Shown piece by piece: positions 28,764-37,746 of a stretch of DNA of 44,376 nt. The position numbers and the translations under genes were made by a program. Every line of letters starts with the position of its first letter. Within the stretch, counting starts at the first letter, position 1. The notes beneath the pieces are model-generated. The model ran no database searches and had not been told where the DNA came from. It worked only from the letters and a program-made list of their open reading frames with translations. Origin of the DNA: an uncultured Gammaproteobacteria bacterium (lineage in GTDB: Bacteria > Patescibacteriota > Patescibacteriia > Magasanikbacterales > UBA922); NCBI GenBank assembly GCA_964603435.1, contig CAZRUM010000001.1:27045-71420 (forward strand). Direction: 5' to 3'.

Positions 28764-30911
28764 TTACTCAGATTTAATTATAATATAAATATTTCTCTCC
28801 ATGTCCCAATGCAAGATAACTTCTCCTGGGGCAGGCTCTACAATTTGATCTTTTTCAAGAAAAACTATCCTATTCTCTGGAATTTGTGCTTTATATTCCA
28901 ACAAACCAACAACATGAGCAAAATTCTTTTCAAATGGCCTATCCCATTCCACAAAGATTCTATCAGGTTGGACAACAGCTATTTCTTCAACTACAGCAGA
29001 CAAACTTCTTCCAGTATCATATACATAAGAATATTCATTCCTTAAAATACCCGCCATATTATAAAATTGTAAAAAAATGGAAAGAATTAAAACCCAAAAA
29101 AGACTTTGTACAACGCGAAGATACCTGGCCTTGCGAATAAGCTCTGTCAAAACTGCAGAAATTATAAAAATCACACCAACTCGTACACTGTATGTATATC
29201 TTGAAGGTAAAATTTCCCACCAATTTGAAAAATTGAAAAAAACAACCACACCCACAGCAAGCAAAGCCCACAAAAAACCAAACCTCACCAAAATATTATC
29301 TCTAAATTTATAAAAAACGAAAATTAAAAATGACAAAGCCACAGAAAAGATCAGCCAAGCAGTTTTTTCTGAAAGTATATAATTGAGTGGGACGAAGACA
29401 TCCATAATTGCGATTGGAATCCGTGCCAAAAGCTGTGGGGAAAAAGAAAGAGAACCGGAAGTAAGCCAAATACTCTGATGTTGCGCCACATACTGCTTTA
29501 TTATATACATAAGAGTTGTCGAAAAAAACAATACCCAATAAATAATATATGCAAAATTAACTTTATCTTTATTTTTTAACCTAAAATAAACACCGATTGT
29601 AAACAAAAGTACAGGCAACGCCATGGATATTTCCTTTGTACCAAAAGCTAAAACCAACGACAAAAAGGAAGTTGAAAGACAAATAATCTGATTTTTTTTG
29701 TCTATACTGTTGTAGTACTTTACTAAAAACAAACAACTAAGTAACATAAAAAACACTGCAAAGGAATGCATATTAGCTCCAATCCAAACCAAAGGCTCAT
29801 AAGCACTGCCGGCCAATGCAAAAAGCATGGTAGCAAAAAGACCAGTGACATATGATTTACTTATATCACGAGCCAAAAGACCAACTAAGAAAGAATTGCA
29901 CACATGCACCATCAGGCCAATAAAAAAATAATAAGCTGAGTAAGAATTAAAAATTCCCACAGAAAAAGCATAAAAAGCATTTAAAACCGGGGAATAGAAA
30001 GTTGACATATGTGCACCAAAGACAGTTATCTCTCCAGTTAAAATTTTCCAACCATGCCATAGCCAGGTAAAATCATCTGAGAAAAAATAACCAAATTTCA
30101 TTGTCCAACCAAATAAAACAAAAGTTATAATAAAAGGAAATAAAAAATACAAAAAATTCCAAACTCTTTTTTTAATTACTAACTCGGAAATTAAAGTGGT
30201 GTCCAAAAGATAACGCACAGCATCCTGCCAACTAACACTCGAAGCATCTTTGTGATCCCAAAATATTGAAATTTGTTTTACTAAAAACCCACTTATGTGT
30301 ACAAGAGATAACAACTCCAAATCAAAAGAAAATCTTGTTCTTTCTACTTTTAAAGCTAAATTCTTGATATCGTTGTTAAAAAATTTAAAACCACATTGGA
30401 CATCATGAAAAGGTAAACGAAAAATTGAACGAGAAATAAAATTAAAAAAAGCTGAACCGAATCTCCTTAACCATGAATAACCTGAAAATCCAAAATCTTG
30501 TCGCTCCCCTGCCACAACACCAAATCCACCAACACTCAGGGCATTTAAAGCTTGTGGAATAGCTTTTTTATAATCAACAGACAAATCCACATCTAAATAG
30601 CCGTAAAAATCAGTCTCCACACTTTTCAATCCAGCCTGAATCGCAGCCCCTTTGCCCTGATTTTTTTCAAGAAAGACAGATACAAATTTAATACTTTTAT
30701 CATCACTATTATTAACTTTCTCTTTTGATTCCAAAATCTTTTGTTTACTAGAGTCAGAGCTACCATCATCAACAAAGACCAAAATCCAAGTAAAATCTTT
30801 TTGCTCTGCACAAAAAGAAGACAGATTATGTACTGCTTCTTTTATTTTACCTTCCTCATTAAAAGAAGGAACAATTATAGCACAAGTTTTTTTATTAATA
30901 ATTTTTTCCAT
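28764..30911 (-). CDS. GT2 polyprenol-phosphate glycosyltransferase fused to a GT-C-like multi-TM domain
   Basis: PSFNE, VDDGSSD, NQGKG, YLDVDLS, DVQCGFK, FDLELL, then FFSDDF loop and many TM helices. Confidence 0.82.
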   Translation of the reverse strand: MEKIINKKTCAIIVPSFNEEGKIKEAVHNLSSFCAEQKDFTWILVFVDDGSSDSSKQKILESKEKVNNSDDKSIKFVSVFLEKNQGKGAAIQAGLKSVETDFYGYLDVDLSVDYKKAIPQALNALSVGGFGVVAGERQDFGFSGYSWLRRFGSAFFNFISRSIFRLPFHDVQCGFKFFNNDIKNLALKVERTRFSFDLELLSLVHISGFLVKQISIFWDHKDASSVSWQDAVRYLLDTTLISELVIKKRVWNFLYFLFPFIITFVLFGWTMKFGYFFSDDFTWLWHGWKILTGEITVFGAHMSTFYSPVLNAFYAFSVGIFNSYSAYYFFIGLMVHVCNSFLVGLLARDISKSYVTGLFATMLFALAGSAYEPLVWIGANMHSFAVFFMLLSCLFLVKYYNSIDKKNQIICLSTSFLSLVLAFGTKEISMALPVLLFTIGVYFRLKNKDKVNFAYIIYWVLFFSTTLMYIIKQYVAQHQSIWLTSGSLSFSPQLLARIPIAIMDVFVPLNYILSEKTAWLIFSVALSFLIFVFYKFRDNILVRFGFLWALLAVGVVVFFNFSNWWEILPSRYTYSVRVGVIFIISAVLTELIRKARYLRVVQSLFWVLILSIFLQFYNMAGILRNEYSYVYDTGRSLSAVVEEIAVVQPDRIFVEWDRPFEKNFAHVVGLLEYKAQIPENRIVFLEKDQIVEPAPGEVILHWDMERNIYIIIKSE

Positions 30912-30917
30912 AAAAGA

Positions 30918-32639
30918 TTACTCAATCTCTACCCTATCCCAAACCACATATTCTTTGTTTTCATATACCTTAGTAAAGAATGGCTCCACTATCAAATCCT
31001 TTTTTATTTCTACCACCAGACCTTTGGAAAGATTAGGAAAATTATCAATTTCGAAAGCCAAATTATAAATACCTTGATCTTTTTTATACAATATAAATCT
31101 ATCAATTGGACTATAAAAATTAGAGGATGACAAATTATAAAATTCTTCAGCATTACCACTAAGAGAAAGATTTTTTATAAAACTTAGTCTACCAGAAAAC
31201 AAAGCTGCCGGATGAGAATTGTGCTGATTAAAATAAATAAAATTATTTATAGGCAAGAAAGCATTTAACTCGACTATACCAGAATGAAGAATTGTCTTTT
31301 GTTCTATCTCCTTATCTTCTTCCAAAAATTTTACAAGATCCGCAATTGGAGCCGATAAGAATCTAGACTCCACCAACCTACTCTGTACCTTTGGATTATC
31401 TATAAAAAATCCAAAAAACATTTGGGTAGACAAAAATAGTAAAGCTACCAATAAAACTGGTTTTTCAAATTTATTAAAAGACTTTGTTTTTTTCAAAAAA
31501 CCCCAAAGTTCCCCTATCCCATAAGCCAAAGCAAAAGCCAATACAGTGCGATTTAAAAAATAAAAACCTTTAAACTCTTGGATAGGAGTATCAAATAATA
31601 ACACAGTGAGAAAACCGACTGTTTGCCAAATATATGAAGACAAGAATATAAAAAATAATATTTTGATATACTCACGCTTATAAAAAAATAACAAGCTAAA
31701 AAAACCACCCAACATCAAAAAGGATTTCAAAGAAACAAACTCAAACATGGGTGCATACAAAGAAATACCTTTACTCGTTATTAAAATAGTTTGCCAATTT
31801 TCAGAACCATTGACCTGATACGTCGCTATCAAGGGAAAAATATATGGAGATGACACCAACAAAGTTATTACCCCTACACCCAACAATCTTAAATAAAACC
31901 TAATTTGCTCCTTTTTTGACACAGACAAAGCATAAAAAGATATGGCAATTGCACCAAAAACCAACCAAAGATAATAGGTCATAAATATAATTCCACCTGT
32001 AATACCATAAATCAAAAAGGATTTCCAACCAAAAGACTTTCTCCTAATATCCAACACTAAAAAACTAATCCACAAAATAGACAAAGCCACTGACAATAAT
32101 TCGTAAGGTTTTTGTACAAAAGCATCCCAATCAATAAAAAGACTAATTATAATTGGCGTTAAAAAAAATACTAACTTGTGTGGTAAATTTATATCTTCTT
32201 TTTTTTCATTCCAGTACCACTTTTGAATAAAATAAATTAACCAAGGAAACAAAAATAAAGACACAAAAGCTGCCAACTTGGCCATCTGCACACCATTAAA
32301 ATCTAACAACGAACCTAAAAAGCCAAACAGGCAAAAAAACAAAGGTGGGTAAAATGCTGTAAAATTTGAATAAGAAAAATCTTTCCATGGTAGATGAGAC
32401 ATTTTTTCGTACATAGCTGCTATAGTCAGCTCATCACCTCTCAACCCCCAAAACATCAATTGCATATCATTTGCAAATATATAATAAGCCAAAGCTGACA
32501 AAATAGTATAAAGTAATAAAAACCAATAGTCTTTGGCTTTTTTCCAAATCAAAACACTGCCCACTATCCAAAAAATTGGTAACAGCAGTTTTATAGTCAA
32601 AATTTGTTTTAACAAATGAATATCAAAATCTATTGGCAT
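30918..32639 (-). CDS. AftA-like arabinofuranosyltransferase (GT-C)
   Basis: GLRGDE…DFSY…FYPPLFF, KPYE, multi-TM core and soluble C-domain with SHPAALFSGR, recalling actinobacterial AftA motif order. Confidence 0.62.
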   Translation of the reverse strand: MPIDFDIHLLKQILTIKLLLPIFWIVGSVLIWKKAKDYWFLLLYTILSALAYYIFANDMQLMFWGLRGDELTIAAMYEKMSHLPWKDFSYSNFTAFYPPLFFCLFGFLGSLLDFNGVQMAKLAAFVSLFLFPWLIYFIQKWYWNEKKEDINLPHKLVFFLTPIIISLFIDWDAFVQKPYELLSVALSILWISFLVLDIRRKSFGWKSFLIYGITGGIIFMTYYLWLVFGAIAISFYALSVSKKEQIRFYLRLLGVGVITLLVSSPYIFPLIATYQVNGSENWQTILITSKGISLYAPMFEFVSLKSFLMLGGFFSLLFFYKREYIKILFFIFLSSYIWQTVGFLTVLLFDTPIQEFKGFYFLNRTVLAFALAYGIGELWGFLKKTKSFNKFEKPVLLVALLFLSTQMFFGFFIDNPKVQSRLVESRFLSAPIADLVKFLEEDKEIEQKTILHSGIVELNAFLPINNFIYFNQHNSHPAALFSGRLSFIKNLSLSGNAEEFYNLSSSNFYSPIDRFILYKKDQGIYNLAFEIDNFPNLSKGLVVEIKKDLIVEPFFTKVYENKEYVVWDRVEIE

Positions 32640-32676
32640 AATAAAATATAAAAATATAGCCTTACTAGTGCTATTA

Positions 32677-32982
32677 TTATCGAGATTTAAAAGGTAATTT
32701 CTCCTGCCCCTGAGACATAATAATCAAAGCCTGTTTTTCACCTTTGCTGGTCAATTTTATATGTGTAATAAACCACTTGTGAGGAGTACGCCTACCGTAG
32801 CCAATAAGCAGTTCTTTATCAATTAGACGTTCGATGCTTTTGGTAATAATACTTTTCTGATATTTCTCTGTAGCTTTTCTTTTTGAGGTTTCGTAAAAAC
32901 CACGAAGAATTTTTCTATCTTGTTTATTTCCTTTTCGTAAACACTCCGTTAAAATGTATCTTTGGAGTGTACTAAATTTCAT
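32677..32982 (-). CDS. Small basic hypothetical protein, possible winged helix
   Basis: ITKSIERLIDKELL…IKLTSKG pattern. Confidence 0.65.
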   Translation of the reverse strand: MKFSTLQRYILTECLRKGNKQDRKILRGFYETSKRKATEKYQKSIITKSIERLIDKELLIGYGRRTPHKWFITHIKLTSKGEKQALIIMSQGQEKLPFKSR

Positions 32983-32988
32983 ACCAAA

Positions 32989-34422
32989 TTATTTTTTATC
33001 AATTTTGACTTTTAGGTCTTTCAACTGATCTTCCGGAACCTCAGATGGAGCTTCCATCATCAAATCTTTGGCGTCAGCTGTCAATGGAAAAGCTATCACC
33101 TCACGAATAGTATCTTCTGCTTGTAATATAGAAAGCATTCTATCAAAACCAGGAGCCATACCTCCATGAGGAGGTACTCCATAGGTAAATGCTTCTAACA
33201 TATGACCAAATTCTTGTTTTTTCTTCTCGTCAAAACCAATAAGATCAAAGACTTTTTCTTGTATATCTCTATCATAAATTCGAAGAGCTCCCCCACCAAC
33301 TTCCACACCATTTAAAACTAGATCGTGCTGATAAGATTTTACTTTACTAGGATCTGTATCTAATAAAGAAAGATCCTCTTCTTTTGGTCTAGTAAACATA
33401 TTGTGAGCTGGTGCCCATTTACCAGAGCTTCCATGGAAGTGATCTTCTGATCCTTTATCTTCTGTTTGAGGTTCAAACAATGGCCAATTAACAATAAAAG
33501 CAAAAGCTAATTCATCTTTGTCTTCTTTATTTTTTCTAAGATCTGGTTTATCAGTACCATATTTATCCATTACTTCTTGCCATTCTAGTCTTGGCCATTT
33601 TTCAAAAGTCATTTTCTTTTCCGGCCAAAGTTCTTTAATCATTTTAGTAAACATTTCTTCTACTAAATCCAAAATTTCACCCTGACTCATAAAACTCATT
33701 TCCATATCTAGCTGATAAAATTCTCCTGGTGATCTGTCGGCTCTGGCATCTTCATCACGAAAACACGGTGCAATCTGAAAATACTTTTCCATACCAGCTA
33801 CCATGAGCAATTGTTTATATTGTTGTGGAGCTTGTGGTAAGGCAAAAAACTGCCCTGGAAACTTGCGAGATGGAACTAGATAATCTCTGGCTCCTTCTGG
33901 AGTTGATTTTGACAATATCGGAGTGTGAATTTCATTGAAATCTTGACCATGTAAATGACCACGCAAAAAAGCCATCATTTTGGAACGCATTATCATATTA
34001 TTTTTCATTCGCTCTGAACGTAAATCTAGATAACGATATTTCAAACGCAATTCTTCATTAATAACTTTTGTATCTTTATCAATTTCAAATGGAGGTGTTT
34101 TACATTCACTCAACACTTTCAAACCTTTGGCTAAAATTTCAACATTACCAGTCGGCATGTCTGGGTTTTTTTGCCTATCTCCACGTTCTTGGACAATACC
34201 AGTGATTTCAACCACCCACTCTGGTCTAACACGTGTTAACTCCTCTTGTGAGGCTTCATCTAGCTCTGCTGGCACGCCCACAACCTGGACAACACCTTTC
34301 ATGTCACGCAAATCTAAAAACGCAATTTTGCCCATATTACGACGGGCATTGACCCAACCTTTTAGTAAGACTTCTTTACCTACCATTTCAGAAGTTTGTG
34401 TAGAATAAATTCTCTCATTCAT
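32989..34422 (-). CDS. aspS: Aspartate--tRNA ligase (short, no GAD domain)
   Basis: YRYLDLR, TPEGARDYLVPSR, CFRDEDARADR, GVPPHGGMAPGFDR. Confidence 0.95.
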   Translation of the reverse strand: MNERIYSTQTSEMVGKEVLLKGWVNARRNMGKIAFLDLRDMKGVVQVVGVPAELDEASQEELTRVRPEWVVEITGIVQERGDRQKNPDMPTGNVEILAKGLKVLSECKTPPFEIDKDTKVINEELRLKYRYLDLRSERMKNNMIMRSKMMAFLRGHLHGQDFNEIHTPILSKSTPEGARDYLVPSRKFPGQFFALPQAPQQYKQLLMVAGMEKYFQIAPCFRDEDARADRSPGEFYQLDMEMSFMSQGEILDLVEEMFTKMIKELWPEKKMTFEKWPRLEWQEVMDKYGTDKPDLRKNKEDKDELAFAFIVNWPLFEPQTEDKGSEDHFHGSSGKWAPAHNMFTRPKEEDLSLLDTDPSKVKSYQHDLVLNGVEVGGGALRIYDRDIQEKVFDLIGFDEKKKQEFGHMLEAFTYGVPPHGGMAPGFDRMLSILQAEDTIREVIAFPLTADAKDLMMEAPSEVPEDQLKDLKVKIDKK

Positions 34423-34484
34423 ATAAAAAAAATAAGGTTATTTAAATATTGTATATATTTTAGCATATCTCAATTGATTTTACA

Positions 34485-34523
34485 ATTAAAAAACCCTCTG
34501 TTTTTTATGAAAAATAAAGGGTC
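34485..34523 (-). terminator. Probable terminator after the rRNA methyltransferase gene
   Basis: ACCCTTTATTTTT-CAT-AAAAAACAGAGGGT followed by T-tract on the minus strand. Confidence 0.5.
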
Positions 34524-34538
34524 ATTTTTTGGCTTATC

Positions 34539-35555
34539 TTAGCCTTTTTTTAGCAATTTTACCACAAAAAACCCTTCCATCTCTTTATCAGGCATAATGC
34601 GTAAAGATTTTTTAACAACGTCCTTATTTATTTCCTTATTTTTGAATATTTTTACAATTGGCAACCTCGCTACATCCAAGTCAATTGGAAGTATTTCACA
34701 ATTACTCGTATGTTCTACAAATTTACTAATTTGCAATTCATTTTCCTCTGGAGCAAAAGTACAAGTAGAATAAACTAAAACTCCTCCCGGTTTAAGAGCT
34801 CCCCAGGCAGATCTCAACAAATCTGATTGTTTGTGTGCCATTTCTTTAACTTTTTGCTCGTTCCAATAAGAAAAACTCTTAGGTCTATCAACCAAAAATC
34901 TAGCTTCTGCACTACAAGGTGCGTCAAGCAAAATTTTATCAAAATACTCTGGATATTCTTTACCAAGTACTACTCCATCCTCCGAACGAAGAGTAAATTG
35001 CCAATCATCGAGCTCCCCCTCTATAACGGCAGACGAGTTTACCACACCCAACAATTCCATATTATGTTTCAACTTCAAAAATCTTATTCTATTATTATCA
35101 TTAGCGACTAGCTCACCTTTTCTCACCCCCTCTGAATCAGACATCAAAGCGGCAATTTGTGAAGTTTTACTTCCAGGAGCGGCGGTCAGATCCAAAACTT
35201 TTTCTCCGGACTGAGGAGATAAAACTAACGGAGGGACCATGCTAGCTAAACTCTGCAAATAAATTTTACCTGTCTTATAAATATCCAAATCAAGTATGTC
35301 TTGTTTCCACTTGTTTTGCAAAATAAAAGCATCTTTATACCAAGAGACATCTTTGAGTTTGAAACCATTTTCTAATAATATCTTTTCAATATCTTGTCTT
35401 GTTGTTTTTAAACTATTAGCACGAAAAGTAATTGGTTTCTTTACAAAAGTAGACTTAATTTCCTCAGACAAAGAAACACCAAACATTTCTGTCAGGCGTT
35501 CTAAAAAAATTTCTGATATAGAAGTAGATTGTTTTGTTTTTTTATTTTTTCCCAT
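34539..35555 (-). CDS. RsmB/RsmF (NOL1/NOP2) RNA m5C methyltransferase
   Basis: YLQSLASM, LDLTAAPGSKT, ILLDAPCS, LVYSTCT, EGFF. Confidence 0.92.
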   Translation of the reverse strand: MGKNKKTKQSTSISEIFLERLTEMFGVSLSEEIKSTFVKKPITFRANSLKTTRQDIEKILLENGFKLKDVSWYKDAFILQNKWKQDILDLDIYKTGKIYLQSLASMVPPLVLSPQSGEKVLDLTAAPGSKTSQIAALMSDSEGVRKGELVANDNNRIRFLKLKHNMELLGVVNSSAVIEGELDDWQFTLRSEDGVVLGKEYPEYFDKILLDAPCSAEARFLVDRPKSFSYWNEQKVKEMAHKQSDLLRSAWGALKPGGVLVYSTCTFAPEENELQISKFVEHTSNCEILPIDLDVARLPIVKIFKNKEINKDVVKKSLRIMPDKEMEGFFVVKLLKKG

Positions 35556-35582
35556 AGAAACACAAAATCCCATTAACCATGA

Positions 35583-36878
35583 TTATGGCTTGAGACGATT
35601 TACCAATCTAGGAAACAGGGTACATTCACGAATATGTTCTGCCCCAGATATCCAACGTACAGTTCTTTCAATGCCTATACCAAAGCCACTATGTGGCACA
35701 GAGCCATATTTTCTAAGATCAGTATACCATTTGTAATCTTCTTCACTTAAATTATCTTCTTTGATGCGTTCTGATAATAAAGCAAAATCATCCTCACGTT
35801 GTGAACCACCAATCAGCTCCCCTGCCCCTTCAATTCCAATCAGATCACTATTCAAAACTCGTGAATCATCTTCCTTATCAATCTTCATATAAAATGGTTT
35901 GATATTTTTTGGCCATTTTTCTATAAAGACTGGCACATCAGAATCTTTCGTAAGCAAACCTTCATCGTCATTTCCCAAATCTTCTCCATGTTTTATATCA
36001 CTACCCACCTCATTTAATTTTTTGATAGCTTCATCATAAGTATAACGAGTAAATGGTTTGTCCATCATTTTTTCCAATGCAGCAGTATCACGTTCTAGAA
36101 TTTTAAACTCTGCCCCACAATCTGCTAAACATTTTTTAACAATGGCTTTTACCAGACCTTCTTGAATATCCAAGTTTTCATCATGTTCTACAAAAGCAGC
36201 TTCTGCATCCATCATCCAAAATTCTGTTAGATGACGCTTGGTAGTAGATTTTTCTGCTCTAAACACTGGACCAAAATCATAACAACGCCCCACTGAAGAA
36301 ATGGCTGCTTCAATATAAAGCTGTCCAGATTGAGATAGATAAGCTTCACCTAGATCAAAGTATGGCACAGGGAATAAAGTAGTAGTCCCTTCACAAGCAT
36401 TTGGAGTAAAAATTGGTGAGTCAGTTCTAATAAAACCAATAGTATGAAGATATTCATTTACAGCAGTTTCAATCACATCACGAATACGTAAAATTGCCCA
36501 CTGTTTTTTTGAGCGAAGCCAAAGATGACGATTGTCTGATAAAAATTCTGGACCATGTTCTTTTAATGCAATTGGATATTCTTCTGCCAATTGAATAATT
36601 TTAAAATCCGTTACTTGAAGCTCAAAGACACCTTCTTGCTTTGGGTGAGCTACCACCTTTCCACTAGCTTCCAAAGATGACTCTTGGGTTATTTTCTCGA
36701 CCTCTTCCCACATCTCTTCTGCTAAATCACTTTTGGCAGCCACAGCCTGGACAAAACCAGTACCGTCACGCAATTCCAAAAAAGCTAATTTTCCAGATGA
36801 GCGTTTGTTGTATAGCCAGCCTTTAATTGTAACTTCGCTATCAACATGACTAGAGATATCTTTTATAAATGTCTGCAT
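35583..36878 (-). CDS. asnS: Asparagine--tRNA ligase
   Basis: NRHLWLRS, YLSQSGQLY, FRAEKS, HLTEFWM, GGSQRE, YGSVPHSGFGIGIER; start at MQTFIK. Confidence 0.96.
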   Translation of the reverse strand: MQTFIKDISSHVDSEVTIKGWLYNKRSSGKLAFLELRDGTGFVQAVAAKSDLAEEMWEEVEKITQESSLEASGKVVAHPKQEGVFELQVTDFKIIQLAEEYPIALKEHGPEFLSDNRHLWLRSKKQWAILRIRDVIETAVNEYLHTIGFIRTDSPIFTPNACEGTTTLFPVPYFDLGEAYLSQSGQLYIEAAISSVGRCYDFGPVFRAEKSTTKRHLTEFWMMDAEAAFVEHDENLDIQEGLVKAIVKKCLADCGAEFKILERDTAALEKMMDKPFTRYTYDEAIKKLNEVGSDIKHGEDLGNDDEGLLTKDSDVPVFIEKWPKNIKPFYMKIDKEDDSRVLNSDLIGIEGAGELIGGSQREDDFALLSERIKEDNLSEEDYKWYTDLRKYGSVPHSGFGIGIERTVRWISGAEHIRECTLFPRLVNRLKP

Positions 36879-36900
36879 ATTTTTATGTTTAAGTATAATT

Positions 36901-36929
36901 ATATTAACAATTTTAGCTAATTTTAGCAA
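36901..36929 (-). promoter_or_regulatory. Probable asnS promoter
   Basis: TTGCTA-17 nt-TAATAT with extended -10 TGT. Confidence 0.5.
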
Positions 36930-37008
36930 GGTTTGGTTCCCACCATTGGACACATTCCGAACTATGGAGTGGGAAAGGATGTCTGGTTGGATAAAACCTA
37001 GTATTTAT

Positions 37009-37506
37009 TCATCCTACAAATACTGAGTAATGTTTGTTGATGTTATCCATTAAAGACACCGGTACTACTTTATCAGCAGATTCACAAAAAAAGTTAAACA
37101 ACGGCATCACCTCACAAGTTAAGCCTTTGACATCCCATGGTCTATTCTCATCATTTGCATCCAATCTAAAAGTCGTGAGATGACCCACTTCTTTATCCGC
37201 ACGGTTTTTTGCTCTCACAAGTGTTTCACTTAAATCTGACCTGATTTCTTCCCAAGTCTCTTTTTTAATAAAAAAATTCTTTGCGCACACATCAGTATCT
37301 CTTACTTCACCTGGTGGGTAAAGAAAATTAATCAGATTACGCAGATGAATCACATATGATTCAAGAGTCATGTACTCTAATCCCCGTGTAATTTGAAATT
37401 CTTCTGCTATTGCGTGTGTCGCATTTAATAACATTTGAACTTCATACCTTACGTGTTCCTTAAAGTAATCTAATAATTGTTCTTCACTTAAATCTTTTGT
37501 TTTCAT
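37009..37506 (-). CDS. Hypothetical helical protein, possible HEPN-like RNase
   Basis: LESYVIHLRNL and RADKEVGH (Rx6H); sits at the tRNA-Asn 3' end. Confidence 0.6.
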   Translation of the reverse strand: MKTKDLSEEQLLDYFKEHVRYEVQMLLNATHAIAEEFQITRGLEYMTLESYVIHLRNLINFLYPPGEVRDTDVCAKNFFIKKETWEEIRSDLSETLVRAKNRADKEVGHLTTFRLDANDENRPWDVKGLTCEVMPLFNFFCESADKVVPVSLMDNINKHYSVFVG

Positions 37507-37558
37507 ATTGATTAATCATAACAAAAAAGAAGCAAACCGTAAAGTTCGAATCCAGTCG

Positions 37559-37631
37559 CTCCCCCAGCTGGGTTTGAACCAACAACCTCTGCGTTAACAG
37601 CGCAGCGCTCTACCAATTGAACTACAGGGGA
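37559..37631 (-). tRNA. tRNA-Asn(GTT)
   Basis: TCCCCTG/TGGGGGA acceptor stem, CTGCG-CTGTTAA-CGCAG anticodon arm, GGTTCAAACCC T arm; CCA not encoded. Confidence 0.94.
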
Positions 37632-37639
37632 ATAAAAAT

Positions 37640-37665
37640 AAAAAACCCGCTTGTTTAGCGGGATT
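37640..37665 (-). terminator. Attenuator terminator upstream of tRNA-Asn
   Basis: ATCCCGC-TAAACAA-GCGGG-TTTTTT ending about 8 nt before the tRNA. Confidence 0.82.
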
Positions 37666-37688
37666 TTAGTAATTTTTTATATATAAAA

Positions 37689-37742
37689 CTACATCCCGCA
37701 AGCGGTATTATTATTGTTATTATTGTTATTTAATAGTTTCAT
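37689..37742 (-). CDS. Asn-rich leader peptide MKLLNNNNNNNNTACGM
   Basis: 17-codon ORF with 8 consecutive AAT/AAC codons; its 3' part GCGGGAT can pair with the terminator 5' arm. Confidence 0.85.
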   Translation of the reverse strand: MKLLNNNNNNNNTACGM

Positions 37743-37746
37743 ATGT

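Noticed and set aside
34423-34538. Leader-peptide attenuator upstream of aspS
   Set aside because: Only a terminator followed by a promoter-like TTGTAA-17-TAAAAT; no Asp-rich sORF.
35005-35145. Further palindromic insertions in the rRNA methyltransferase gene (SDSEGVR; NSSAVIEGEL)
   Set aside because: The hairpins are too weak to call without an alignment.
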